Assembly: GCF_035084215.1 (NCBI RefSeq)
Contig: NC_090346.1
Coordinates: 47,802,001 to 47,866,000, forward strand
DNA from: Heptranchias perlo
Taxonomy: Eukaryota
Direction: 5' to 3'
Length of the DNA: 64,000 bases
Below, one piece after another: positions 34,400 to 47,944 of the stretch; position 1 is the stretch's first letter; the number at the start of each line of letters is the position of its first letter. The notes under the pieces are model-generated. The model had not been told where the DNA came from. It did no database searches and worked only from the letters and a program-made list of their open reading frames with translations. The position numbers and the translations under genes were made by a program.

Positions 34400-35250
34400 C
34401 GCGGTGCGTTGTGGGCCGGGCCGGGCCGGTGGGTGCCCGGATGTGCTGATTGTGAGCTCGTTCCGTGTCGTAATCGTTGCGCGCGCGCGCGCGCGGTGGC
34501 GGTGGGGGGGGGGAGGGGGTTTACCGCCGCGCGCTGCCGCCGCCGTCGTGATGGAAACACTCGGGGTATGTACCGGGGCTCGGTCCCCCACCCCCTCAAA
34601 ACCCCCACACCTTCCTCCTCCCTCCCTCCCTCCTCAGTCGAGGCCGCGGCTCCCGCTCGGGCCTCCACCTCTCGTGTAACTTACGGCGGCGGGGAGGAGG
34701 AGGGGGCCCGGCTCACACTCTCACAGCGCCCTCCCCTCACATCCGCGCCGGTGATTCTTCTCCTCCTCCTCCATGGTTACTGCTGCTTTATTCCCCCCCC
34801 TCTCTCTTTCTCTCTCGTTTTCATCCTCGTGTTCGGTTTAATTTGCGGCTCCCCGGGGCCTAAGGCCACGTTACCTTCCGCCCTGTGGTAATTTATATAT
34901 AAACAACCGAAGGTGTTTTTTTTTTGTGCCGCTGCCGCGGGGTGTAGGCCCCGAGCCGGCTCCCCCTCACTGAGGGGGGCGCGCGCGCGCGCGCACGTGT
35001 GTCTGTGTATGCGCGCGCGCGCGCGTGTCACTAGCCGAGAGGAGACGCCGCTTTGTTTCCCCTTTTTCCAGGGGGGGTGTTTTATTTTTTGCAACCGAAG
35101 GAACTCCGAACCCGGGTTTCACCCCCCCCCCCCTAAGAGGAGGCTTTCTGCATTGTGAGGGCTGAAGGAGCCTTGAGGGCGGGGTAGCAAGTTGCGAGGC
35201 GGAGCTCTTGTTTGTTGCCGGGGTTTGTCTCTTTTTTTTTTCTGAATGAA
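34400..35250 (+). promoter_or_regulatory. USP42: CpG island with putative USP42 promoter and non-coding exon 1 (donor about 34565|GTATGT)
   Basis: Very CpG-rich with (CG)n runs; good donor GGG|gtatgt; the first coding exon has an acceptor 9 nt upstream of its ATG, so an upstream exon is needed. Confidence 0.6.
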
Positions 35251-35984
35251 TTGTTTCACAAGTCACTTTACAACTACACGTTTTACTGGCCAGTAGTAGC
35301 CAAAAAGAAAAGTCGAGATTTGCATCTGACAAGAAGCTCGGATTTTTCTTGCATGGGGGAAAAAAACGAGAGTGGTTTTCGTTTTTCACCTTGGTGCAGA
35401 AACTCTTTTTGTTTGCTATTTAGGCTTTATTTGTTTTTAAAAAGCAGCTTAAGTTGTAAAAATGCAATATTCATAGTCTTGAGTTAAAATGAGCAATTAT
35501 TTTCTTATGCAAATACATTTTAGTAGAAAATGCGACAGCTTTTCCAGTTGCAGCTGTAGCAGAGTGTAATCTCTTCTCCTCCCATGATTTTTATCTAGAA
35601 AGTACCTACATTTTTTTGAGGTGTCTTTCACTAAAATCCAGAAACTATGTGGAATAGAGATCAGAAGATTTTATCCCATTAATGGGAAGAGAATGTCTAC
35701 TCTCAGTTCAAAATTGCTTAATTCAAATTATCTGAAACAATTTGTCTTTAATACTACATTTCCACTTTGTTGCTATTTACATTGCTTAATTTAAATAACG
35801 ATAATTAAGATTTCTTAGTGCAACAAACTTAGCACTCCTATCAGATTGTATGTGGTTCAACAAAAATCTACAGTTTTGCAGCGTTATTGCCATATACCCA
35901 TTGTCTGAATACAAATTTTATTTACGTTACCTATTCACAATGGTGAAATACCCGGCATAAAAATGCCGCTAAATTGGCAAATTA

Positions 35985-36260
35985 TATGGCATCTGTAAAA
36001 GTGACCATGAAGCTGTCGGATTGTCGTTAAAAACCCAGCTGGTTCACTAATGTCTTTTAGGGAAGGAAACCTCTCGTCCTTACCCAGTCTGGGCCTATAT
36101 GTGACTCCAGTCACACACCAACGTGGTTGACTCTTGGCTGCTATCTGTAGTGATCCAGCAAGCCACTCAGTTGTATTACACCACTACAAAGATTTAGGGC
36201 AACTAGGGATGGGCAATAAATGCTGGCCTTGTCGGTGACGCCCGCACCCTGAGTGATTTT
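35985..36260 (+). mobile_element. SINE sharing its 3' tail with the CR1/L2-group LINE
   Basis: Body gtcggattgtcgttaaaaacccagctggttcactaatgtc...; tail gggcaactagggatgggcaataaatgctggcc matches the LINE tail at 2593-2650. Confidence 0.65.
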
Positions 36261-39200
36261 TTTTTAAAAATGGCATGTTTATGCTGGTTTTGCATATTTC
36301 CTTATACAATCAACTAAGGACCCTGTTGTGGTTAGAAAATAAAACAAGGTCATTTACCACCCAACTTCAGGCAAAAGCAAGGAATTCACCAGTTTGGAAG
36401 TAATGTTACTGTGCATTTCTGTTTTCATTTCTGCGTGGTTTCTGTGTTGCCTCTTTCCTGCCACACTGCCTGTTTCAAAAGGATGTTTTTATCTTTTTTA
36501 AACTTTGATTTCCTCTGGTTACAGTTAATGTAAGTTTTTCACAGTTGATAAGAACCTATCCATCAGCTTTTAAGACTTTTGCAGTACTGGAATCAAAACA
36601 GTAAACTGGTTCCAGCAGTGGTACCTGATGGGTTGGTCAGTTAGTTTCTCAGCTTGCTAAAGGTGGAAAGTAACTGTCCTCTCACTAATACATGGAATTT
36701 TCCAGCTCTGATTTAGTTTTGTAACCATGTGCAGGAATAAGACAGTCATAAGAATGATATACACTTTATAATCCATCCCAATCATTCTGAAGTCAGTAAT
36801 ATAAAATTGCTTGTAAATATCAAGCATGCATGGTCGTTCCTCACTTGTGCATGTGCTGCAGATTGGAAACTCACAAGGTTATACTTTTGATCTTACCTTT
36901 CAAGTGACTTGTTTGAGCTATTGAGGTAAAGGATTTTACTATTTGCGTTCCAAAATATTATTTAAAAAGTGAATAAGCAACCTCGAGTTTGCTCTGGATG
37001 TGCTGTTGGGTTTAACAAAACCTTTTCAAATTTGGCTGTTTAAAGTTGAAGTATCATTGTTTAGACATGGCCATTGAGGTTTAGAGCAGTGTTGGCCAAT
37101 ACATTAGCCACTACCCACATGTGAATAATTGGGAATCCAGATGTGAGTAATTGCATTTGAGTAGTAAATAAAAAATGAGTAATAGATACTGTTGTTGGGC
37201 ATGTGATCTCAGTAATCATTCGAACTGCGTGTGCATTTGTACTTTAACCTTTTTGTGCGTTTGCTGGTAAAATGAACAGCAGAGTGTGTGAGTGTTTTTT
37301 GATTATTGAGTGCTTTAATTCCTTGGTTACTGAATGGTGGGATGTTAAGTAAATATACACGTGAAATAAATGTACCTATATTGTTTGTGTGTGTGTGTAA
37401 GGTGTTTTCTACTAATAGTACATGCGGCTAAAATGATGTCACCGTTGCTAATTTCAAGTTGGTTTAGATGACAGATTTTAATGACATCACAAGTCAGTTT
37501 CATCGTGTTAGGATCGTAGGTTTTGAACAAACATAGCATTGCCGTGAGATTAAATATTTTAAATTGCTTCCAAGTCGAGGTTGTTGCTTAGATAGCAGTG
37601 GAATATCTATTCAGTTGTAAGAGCAGTTTATGTGCAGTGTGAAAGTTCTACTGAATACTGTTGGTGTTGATATGCTAGGTGAATTTTGCACACACAATGA
37701 AAGTTTGAACCTTTTAATTAAAAATTACGTTTATATAGCGCTTATTTCAATATCTCAAAAGAATTTCACGCAACCGCAGTGATTGTTACAATTGTACACA
37801 CATTTGGAACTACGCTGCCGTTTAATTTACCCATCCATCCCTTGTGATGGCTGTGGACTATAGTCAGAAGACCCAAGAAATGATGTGGATTGTGGGGGTG
37901 GGGGAGCATGATTATAATTTAAGCTAGTATCCTTTGACAAATTTCATGTATGTCCTGTTAAGTATGATTATGCTCATAATGACTGTGGTTTTTAACAAAT
38001 TTCAATATTTGCATAATTTGATTAGATCTGAAGTTTTATTTAACATATTTCAATGACGTGACCATCAGTCTAAAGTACAGTAGTGATGTAACATCATAGT
38101 GATCATCATAGGGCGTAAACATGTTTTCGACCTCTGCAATTGTCTGTTTGATGCTCGGGCTATCCAATGAATTAGGAAACAATTAGGGTGTGTCAGTTTT
38201 AAGAATATTCGCAGTCAACATCGGTGTTCGTTCTGTTCTCCGGTTCAACAGTTATCAAAGTTTATAGCAAAGTGTGAAAACAGAAAAACACACTGTGTCT
38301 CGGATGGGGCATAGATTTGACTCTGTTGATCTGGAGCCTCCATGTATTACTGTTGATCATTGAACCATATATTTATCAACGTTTCCTTGATCTGTCGATA
38401 AAAATGATTGGATTTTATTTCTTACCACCTTATATGGTGTTCACTTCACTATACTTTTCCCAATTTCAGCCACAACTACCCCATGACCGTGGCAAACTTT
38501 CCGATGATAGATCACTAGTCTTAATTATGATTAGCATTCTATTCTGTTGTGACTAGTTTTAGCAACTTGGTGCTTCAAGGCACGTTGCAGTGGAATTGTG
38601 GCATGTCTGCATTTGTGATTCCTCACACAGTGCAAGTTCCTGATGTCAGAGAGGTGCTGACATGTTTCAGCAGTGTGTTAATTGGTGTGCACTGTTGGTT
38701 ACAGTAATTGCTCAGTTCACCCACTGAACTCAGCATTTCTTGCTTAAGAATTCACAGAAGTTACCACCAAATGTTGGAGTTAATTATAATTTACTTTTTT
38801 TGAAATCACTGGTCCCAGTTGTATTTACCTTGGATTTTAAATTTGCATTTAGCGGTGAATATTTTGTTGCATCAAGGTGAGGGGATATCAGTGTTAAGAA
38901 GCATTTCTAATTTAAGTAGCTAGTGTCGGCATCAAGCACTCCCAGGTCAGGTATATCGCAGCCCGTTGCATAGTAAAGCTCCCTCTGCCGTACTCCAACA
39001 ATGAGCCTGGATTGCCATCATCAGAGGAAGACTTCAGTTGTACTGTTGTGTGCAACATTTGGTCTTTCAAATTGTCAATTTCCTGACAACCAGTTTCAGA
39101 TTACAGGGAGTTTTGTAGTGCAGGCTCAGTCACCCATTAGGTGGGCTGAGATTCAAGCACATTATCACCTGCAGAGAAAATTTTCTTGCTGATAGTCTTG

Positions 39201-41999
39201 GGCTGGATTTAAAGCCCAGTCCCATGGGTATTGTGCCATCCAGTCACCTTTTGGTTATACTTACAAGGTCATCGGAATTCAGTTATATGTAGTCTTTTCC
39301 ATAAATTCAGATACAGTATTACTTGCTTAAAACAGGAATTATAGTGGCCATGTCATTATGGACTTTGAGGTAAAATTAATTTTGTTTTAGAGGTGAGTTA
39401 AAGAAATTGTAAGCAATTTTCTGATATCAACATTGCAACATGGACAAGGCTTAACTCTTGTTGAGAGTTGCTGGTTGAGCTCTACGTGGCAGACATGGCC
39501 TGGGGCTGCTTGTCTGTCAGGGAAACAAAAAATTACACACTTCCATCTTTTTGAAATAACTTCTGTGTCTTTAACCCACAGTAAATATTCAGTTCTATCC
39601 AGGGTTTCCTATGCTGAAAAATTATAAATTTAAAAAAAATTACTACCTGTAGAATCAAAAGACCATTTAACCCTGAAGAAAACCCTGCGCGTCAGTAAAT
39701 GGCACTATTTTGATGCACGTTTTGTTGAACAGGAAAAATAACTAGCCTCCAACTGTCTTAAAGTAGACACTAATCTTTCACCCCCTCCCCTAACAACACT
39801 TTTTCGTTCCCTAAACAGTTTTCTCCCCACTTCTCTTATCATAAGGCCATTGATTTCAGTGTGGTGTTTGGCGAGTGTGGCAGGCCATTAGCTAAGCCAA
39901 TCCTCTCCTCGCTTGACCTCCACACACACACTCTTAGCTGTGGTTTCTTGGTAGTGCTCAGGGATACAAGGCCCTGCTATTGCCCCCCTTCCTAACCCAG
40001 AGCTCTTTGGTCAGTTGGGGGACTGAACTGAGATCAGCTGATTCAGCACAGGCTGGGTATTGATCCCAAGACCTCCTTGGTTTGTATGGCTCAGCTGCCG
40101 CTGAATGTTTGCCTTTATAGGTAATTCATTGTGTGAAGAGCTTTGAGACTTCCAACATGATGAAGTGCTCTAAAAATACAAATAAGCTAGGCAAGAGGCT
40201 TTACATCTGTGGTGCTAGATCACAGGCAGAGGTAAGGAAGTGACTCCATTCACAGCAGACCCATTACCTGCCCCTTTAATGCTCACATTGATGTAACATG
40301 AAGATACCTGTAGTATATATGTAATTAACTACAGATTGAAAAAATATTCTGATAAACTCAAAATACTTGACACCCGCCCCCCCCCCCCCCCCCCCTTTAC
40401 TTCGTGTGCCCCATAATTGCTGCCAGCCTTGTCCTTCCTCTTTTTGCGCTTTTCCACTGTTCCCTACTGCGGGATGCATATGTGCCTACGTGATGGTTCA
40501 GATGAGAATGACAATTCATGGAAGATTGCCACTCTTAACCAGTGTCCCTCAACTATGTGACATAACATGGAACTACATCAGCGCACTATAGCTTTGAGCC
40601 AATCTTAAATATTCTATACCAAGGCTTTGGATCCCTACCCTTTTAAGAGAGCATTATATTCCCTTCACATCTTTTGGTGCTGCCTTATGAAGTGACTGTT
40701 AGACATTCATTGCCATTTTCTCTACTGGCAGCAGCTGAAATATGTGCGGTTGCAAAATTTTCGAACCATGTCTATTTTTGTATTAGCTTGATTGAATTTT
40801 GATTTTTAAAAATGTATTTTATTTAGTATACATTGATGACTTTTACCTATAGATATGTGTGTCAAGTTCAGTTTTTTTTTTATAAGATCTGTATTAGCTT
40901 TAGGAAGATCCTCCTAGCAACTCCGATGCATACTAGCTGATGTCACTCTGCTGTGGCCTCCAGTTCTGTGCTAACTTCCAGGGTAGGTCCAAAGAGAACT
41001 GAATCTGCAAACTGGAGGGGCCCATCAAAAATAAATAACACGTGATGAGAAATGGTGTTTCCACAAAGCACCTGCAAGTGAGCCCAGTTATCCCCCTTTC
41101 CAATTGTGCTTGTTGACAAGTTTCACATGTAGGCAGCATGGCTGCTCTGAACTGATACCTCAGTCCTCCTTTCCCACACGTGAACAGGGTAAGACCATGG
41201 ACATTAAGAACCTCCCTGTTGGAAAGATCTGTCAATGTTGAGGGGCCAGCGTCATCAGCCAAGTTGATTCGCTGTTGATATTCCAGAAGCTTCGTAGCCC
41301 TCCCACTCTCAAGACAAGCTTTCATCCAATACTTCACCAGGAGTCCAGTAAGGTATATGGATTACTGCATATGTACTTCGGATGCACTTTTTGTGCAGGG
41401 AAGGAGGTTCTCATTAGGTTTTGACTCTTGTTAACTTTCGTAGATAGAAAATCAGCCCATCATGGCGTTCCTAAAACTGGTGCATTTCAGTTTCAATTCT
41501 TGCCCCTATTCCGTGCCTGTGATTTTTTTTTTCCAAATTGGCTAAATGTATATTATAAGCAGTGGCCAATGGGGAAAAGCATCGCTGGTCCCACAACATG
41601 GGCCAGAAAATTCTTTGTAATCTCCTTTTGTCTACCCGACAGTATTTTTCATACAAAAATGGTGTCTGTGCTTGACCACAACAGGGGTTGCAGATACAAA
41701 AAACTAATAGTTACCCCTTTTTTAAAAAAAAGGGTTTCTGTCATTCTGTGAATGATTCCCACCTACAACCCAACATCCACAGAAGTCACAATCTGTTCAT
41801 TGTATTAAGTTGTTTTATGTTTCATGGGAAAAGTGAAAGGTTTCTTGCATTCTTGTCCTCATTTGAAAGTTTCCCCTTGAGTCTTTTTCCTCACCATAAG
41901 GGATAGGCTGCCTTGGGTGTTGCATTTCCTGGCTCAGAAGAACTAGTGAGTCTTTGTAAGACTGTGGTGTACAGTAAATTTTGATGAAATCGACTAGGT

Positions 42000-42400
42000 T
42001 TAGAAAGAGTGCACCTCTTCCCCCCCCCCCCCCCCCTACCCCCATACCAACTAGGAACGTCCCAGAATCAAATCTCAAATTGTTCCAAGTTAGGTGATCT
42101 CAGCTGGGGCAGCCGTACGGGCACTGCAATTGGCCTCCGAGCCTTTGGGACGGGAAGGAAAAATCCAGAATTCCCACTCCTGATTGCTATATAGCACCTC
42201 ATGCCTAGAAATATGCATGTGTGGACATTAGATGAGAGCAGGATTGGGTTCCCCCCCACAAATGGTTGAATGCCATATTGGCATTAGTATCCCTCATGAA
42301 GAATGATCACTTGGGCGAAGTACCAGAGGACAGCCATTGCTGGTGGAACTGTACTCCAAGCAAGAAGTCAGTGCTGTTATGGGAGGGGAGCAAAACATAG
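42000..42400 (+). mobile_element. LF-SINE-like SINE
   Basis: gatctcagctggggcagc...caattggcctc...cacttgggcgaagtaccagagg...ggaactgtactcc. Confidence 0.6.
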
Positions 42401-42930
42401 TATTGAGCATATTATGAAAGCCATTCAATATTGCAATGGTGTGGTGTTCAATAAATACCTTAAAACGCATGCAGTGTTGAAGGCAGCTATGAAAATGTAT
42501 TTTAGGAGTAATTCTTGACTATTCCTCATGCTCGAGGCATCACATTGTGTGAGGAAATCGAAAGTATGAACATAAAACGGAGACATTTATGTCGTTCAGA
42601 CCATTGAAACCTTTGGAAGTCTGTAAAGAATGAGTTAAAGCCTGAACTCATTATTTGTACCTCTGCAGTGAGATGCATGGGAAAGGAAAGTTGTGTGATG
42701 AGATGATGCTGTGCTCTCATGGGCAAAGAGCATGAAGTCAAACTTTCCCTTTGGAATTTGTTGGTTTAAGGGAATGTTTATAGTATGCAGAGGAGAACTT
42801 ATTTCAAAGAATGCCAAATCCATTAGAGGTGTTGGGATATTTATAGAGCAAACCAGTTAAGTTTTAGTAGTTAATGGCTTTCCAGAATATAACTATCTTT
42901 GTTTTAACCATATTCTTGCAGAAATGAATA

Positions 42931-43186
42931 ATGACCATAGTTGACAAAGTGACAGAGGCCTCAAACACTGCAGCTTGCAAGAACCAGACCTGCAGCTCCG
43001 TGGCACCTTTCTCTGGAATTGTCAAAGAGAAGAACATGGAGTCAGGGACAGTAAGTTGGGGTGCGACATCTCCTATTACAGAGGTACCGAAGAACAAAAT
43101 CTTAGGACCTATGCCTGGAGCTGCTTTGTACACCAATGCAGTGTCTCTACAAGAGAAACCGAAGCAACCAGTGCAAAAAGATCAAA
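42931..43186 (+). CDS. USP42: USP42 first coding exon (acceptor at 42921/42922)
   Basis: MTIVDKVTEASN...NMESGTVSWGA...ILGPMPGAALY, typical of the USP42 N-terminus; CAAA|gtaagt. Confidence 0.92.
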
Positions 43187-45219
43187 GTAAGTTCAACATG
43201 CAGTTTCTTTGAAGGAGTTAACCCTGTATTTGCTTGGCGTCTGTTCCACATGTCCTGCTCTGGTCTTGCTTGAGGCTGGTTAATTTCATCCTCATGTCCT
43301 CCAGTTCTGTATTCTCAGTTAAGATTGAGATTCTTTTCCTACTGTCCTTCACCCCAATCTTTCTGTGATGAAAATCACTTACGTTTAATTTAGAGCCCAA
43401 GTTCCCAGAATTACCGTTTTTGTCTGTTGATGTGCTTTCTCCAGTGCTTTCAATGTCCCTTTGTAGTTAAGGTGCCCAAAATTGCGCGCACTGCTCCAAA
43501 TGGACTCTCTGATTTTAATCCGGCGGCCTCGATGCATCCTAGCATCGGTGGCAATTCGTGATGTACGTAGCCTGTTCCACAAGGCAGTGTCCAGCCCTGA
43601 CTCCGATATTATGCTGCTCCTCTCCTTGCTCAGGGTCTGATGTTGCAACGCTGACTTATCCTAATGAATTATTTTAATGGGCAGAATCCATGACAAACAA
43701 GAGAGTCAAAACAAGAGAGAGCAAGTTGAGAGTGGGAATTATTGTTGAGTTACCAAAGAAATATTGCAATTCAGGTTGACATTTTACTTAACTTTTTAAT
43801 TGTAAATGAAGGCTTTCTGCGCTGAATTTGTTGGAGTTTTCTCAGCTCGTTTCTATACTCACACTGAGGAAATTTGTTCCAGCTGAGGCTCCAGCTCGAT
43901 CAAAAAACCCGTACCATGATGAAGTTTACTGAACAAATTCTCCACTTGGGAAATGTATTGAACAAATGCTGGGTCAAACTTATATGTACTAAAGTGCTAA
44001 AAGTCTTATGGGATGGCAGCCGCAGGTTACACTGGTCTGGGAATGGAGGGGTCAACAACAGGACAACTAGTGCACTACGTGTATTTTTCTAGCTATTCGC
44101 ACCCTTCATCCTAGCTCGTGTTGCCAGCTTGATTGAAAATTTCCAGTTAACATTCAGTAATCTCACCAAAATCTTTTTTCACCTTTGTTAATTGATGTCC
44201 CTTTATTGTGTACAGGTACTTCATGTATCCTTTTACAAACATGCATCATCAAAGTGGCTTGGTAATTGTACTCCCACGCACAGTTGACCTGACCCTCTTC
44301 TCCCTCACTCTCCTCCTCAAATACGTTTATCCGTATTAAAACACACCCTTGCAGCATCGGCTTAATGATTCCAGATTTATTGGAATGCTATGAATCTCCC
44401 TTTTACTCGTAAGCAAATTTTATGATGAGAAATTATTTTCTTCATGTTTATGAATATCATGAACAGAGGACCTGGAACCAGACTCTTATTAGTCACTCTT
44501 CCCATTTATAACTTGCATAACGTTTTTGCATTTATCCTCATTTCCCATTACCATGCCAGGTTTCAATCCAGCTTGTTAATTTGCCATTAACTTTGAGCAT
44601 TAACTTATACAAATTGACACTTCTGAAAATCCAAGTAACTTATATATGCTGTTTAATGCTCATCCACTAATTTAACTACGTCCTCTTATGGGTTCCTGTA
44701 TATTTGTAAGTTGCCTGGTAATCAAAACTTGCATGTACACAAATAATTTATATTTGAACTGCCACCTTAAACCCAGCCTCTCATTGTTCTGCTGACAACC
44801 TGTTGACAGCCAGTTTCAACTGATTTCTATCGTAAGTACTACAGCATTGACACTTACATTTGAAAAGTATTTTAACAACTTTTACTCTGACAGAAACACA
44901 GAAAGTGGTTTTAACATATCTTTGAACCGGAACCCTGTGTTACTACATTTTGAGAGTGGAGGGGAAATAAAAATTCAGAAATTGGAAAGGTTTGTACCGT
45001 TTCCATTGGAAACTCAATAGGAATCTCTCCAATTGCTCTCAAATACATTTCCTATCCTCAACCTGTACGACAGAATCAGTTGTATCTACAGCATGCCTCT
45101 GCAGCCAAGCTCTGGCTGTAGTTGATCTTCTTGGTAAGCCACAGCTGATCATGGTGAGCAATTAGACCGGACCCGTTAATCTGTCCATTTTGGCCATCTC
45201 CTTAGATATTCAACTTAGA

Positions 45220-45700
45220 AAGAAAGAACTTGCATATTACATAGAATTTACAGCACAGAAACAGGGCATTCGGCCCAACTGGCCTATGCCGATCTTTAAC
45301 ATATTCACAAGATGTCTTAAGGCACTTCACAGCCAATTACTTCTGAAATGTAGTCACTGTATGTAGACAGATGCAGCTGTCAATTGCACACTGTGAGGCC
45401 CCACAAACAGCAAATGAGATGAGTGACCAGTCAGTCCGTGGTGTGTGGTTGAGGGACAAAGGTTGACTAAGACATCTGAAATCCCTGTTCTTCAAATTGT
45501 GCCATGGGATCAGATCATTTGCATCCATCTGAACAGGCGCAGGGACTTGGCTTAACATTGCACCTGAAAGTCGACACCTCCAACAGTGCAGCACTCCCTC
45601 AGTACTGCACTGAGGTGTCAGACTAGATTGTGATCAAGTTGTGTAGCGGTGCTTTAACCTTCTGTCCCCAATGCAAGAACGCTACCAACTAAGCTAAGAT
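45220..45700 (-). mobile_element. Deu-domain SINE (degenerate, with a short CR1-tail insertion)
   Basis: cagtgcagcactccctcagtactgcac motif. Confidence 0.65.
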
Positions 45701-46855
45701 GACACTTGATTAGATTCTTCTGTAATTGTAAAAAAAAATTCTGCCAACTGCAATCTACCTCTCTATTGTCCTCTTAAATCTTCCAATTATCCTAAACTGG
45801 CTTTTCCATGATTCCCAATTCTCTTTTTTTGTTTCCTTTTATATTAAATCTTTGCTACATTTTTGTTTCATTCTGTCTTAATAGTTCTGATTATCCATAT
45901 ATTAATTTTGACTATTCTGCCAGCATCGTCTCCATATCTTGCTATGTTCTTTTTCTTGGTGGATATATTTGCTTTGCATGTCCCTTCAAATAGTCAAAAT
46001 ATTTTTCTTCTGATTTATTGCTAAATTTTGCTTCATAATTAATCTTCCTGTTCCAAAAGAGCTAGTTCTCTTTTGTCACATTGTTCAATTGCATGGCTGC
46101 ACTTGCTCAACATTTTCGCTTAAATGAATGGGGATTCAACATTATATGCTGGATCTGTTAAATCAATGTATTTCACAGTAAATCAATTACAATTTAAAAA
46201 GAAACATGAATGCCTCCAGATGCAAGTATTTTCCATTCAAAAAAAGTCACAGAAATGGAACAAATCCACAGCAGCAGGGTGTGTCTGTTCGGAAGTGGGT
46301 GCTTGGGTATGTTCGGTGAGAGTAGAGGTACCTAGCCTATACTGGTGGTGTTCTCGAGACGCACGACCTGCTGTAACTGACAGATCAGGTGCAATTTTGG
46401 GTTCCTTCCATCATGGGGAAGTACTTAACGTTTCATGAGCACCCCCGCCCTTCTAGTCTGTCACAACCTGTTAGAGCACCACGTAGGCTGTGTACAATCT
46501 TCTAATGCAAAGTCATTTTTGCGCTAAAATTTTTTGAATTATCCAATAATTAAGCAATGTAAACAACAGCAAAGTGGGAACTTGATGCTTAAAAAAGAAA
46601 TGATCAAATTTGATTTAAGTGTCTTTGAATTAAAAGGAAACTGCCAACAAAATTAAAGCAACTGACATTTTTAGCATTGTTTTTAGTTGTGCAAAGTACA
46701 TTTTTAGTTGCCATGCAATTAAATATTGTATACAGTAAAGCTAATGCAGAACCCTGCTGTTTTAGTGTAAGTAATTTGGCCTGACAGGTTTTTTTTAATG
46801 TTATGGTTTTTAAAATAGTCATTTTCTTCCATTCATTTTACTTTTTAAATTTCAG

Positions 46856-47065
46856 ATGTACTGGGCAGTGGCGATGGGATAGCACCTCCACAGAAAGTAC
46901 TGTTTCCCGCAGAGAAAATCTCATTGAAATGGCAACAGATGCACAAAATAGGAGCTGGCCTCCAGAACCTGGGCAACACCTGCTTCCTAAATTCCGCACT
47001 GCAGTGTTTGACCTATACGCCGCCTCTTGCAAACTACATGCTTTCCCGAGAACATTCTAGAACAT
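46856..47065 (+). CDS. USP42: USP42 coding exon 2 (Cys box)
   Basis: tttcag|AT...ACAT|gtatgt; [56 protein letters not shown]. Confidence 0.96.
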
Positions 47066-47944
47066 GTATGTACAAATACAGCCTTTATATACTGAATTTG
47101 TTGGCTTCCTGGTTTCTTTTGTCTCCCCATGTCATGTACTGTACTCACCCCTGAGGGTGGGTGAGGGGTGAGTTACCAGTCCCTAGGGTTGCTGTTGAAA
47201 GATGTGTGGGAATGACGTGACTCAACCTCTGAATCTTCAATTTTCACCACCTCGTTCCTTTCTCTCTTCTCTTCCCCCCACTCCCTCCCCCCTCCAACGC
47301 CCCCCCCCCCCCCCCCCCAATTCTGCCTCATGGGCGGGGCGAACCTGCCTGCTAGCATGACTGACTTCAGGACATCATTGTCTGGGAATCATGCATGTAA
47401 ATCGCTGACTAGGTTAGGGAGGTAGAGTTATGGCACCACTGTATCAGTATGTTATGCAACACCTAACTCCCAACACCCACAAGCATTTTAAACATGAACT
47501 TAAAACAATTTGCCATCAGCACCACAGATGGTTTACACTGTCGGCACATGCCCTCTTGTTCAGAATAACCTGAATCAAATTCCTGGAGTGCTGGAAGAGT
47601 TATTTTTGGTCTTTGAAGACTCATTATCGTGAGCCTCCCGCAGGCTAGCATTGGATGTATCTTAACATGTAGAAAGTATCACGTTCTTTCTACATCTACA
47701 ATTATATTGAGGTTGGGTGTACTTCACACTGAAATCTCTCGCTCTCTCCAACGCTAATGTTTCTCTTTAATGTATATTGTGTTACAACTTTTTAAAAAAA
47801 TATTTAATACAATTACAAGCTTTTGAACAACTTCCTGCATAGGTTTATTGCTGAGCATTACAGTTTATAATTTTTTGTGATATATTTGAAAATCAGTGGC
47901 AGCAGATGTTTTTAATATACATGTTAAAAGTCTTGCTGTATCAC

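Noticed and set aside
33718-34891. Long ORFs (243, 272, 157 and 160 aa) over the minisatellite and CpG island
   Set aside because: Products of a GC-rich repeat with a period near a multiple of 3; open in several frames on both strands, with no recognisable domain
40930-41400. 134-aa ORF and similar coding-looking tracts (9517-9900, 15200-15950)
   Set aside because: No recognisable protein motif or splice framework; possibly decayed retroelements, but not assignable without a search
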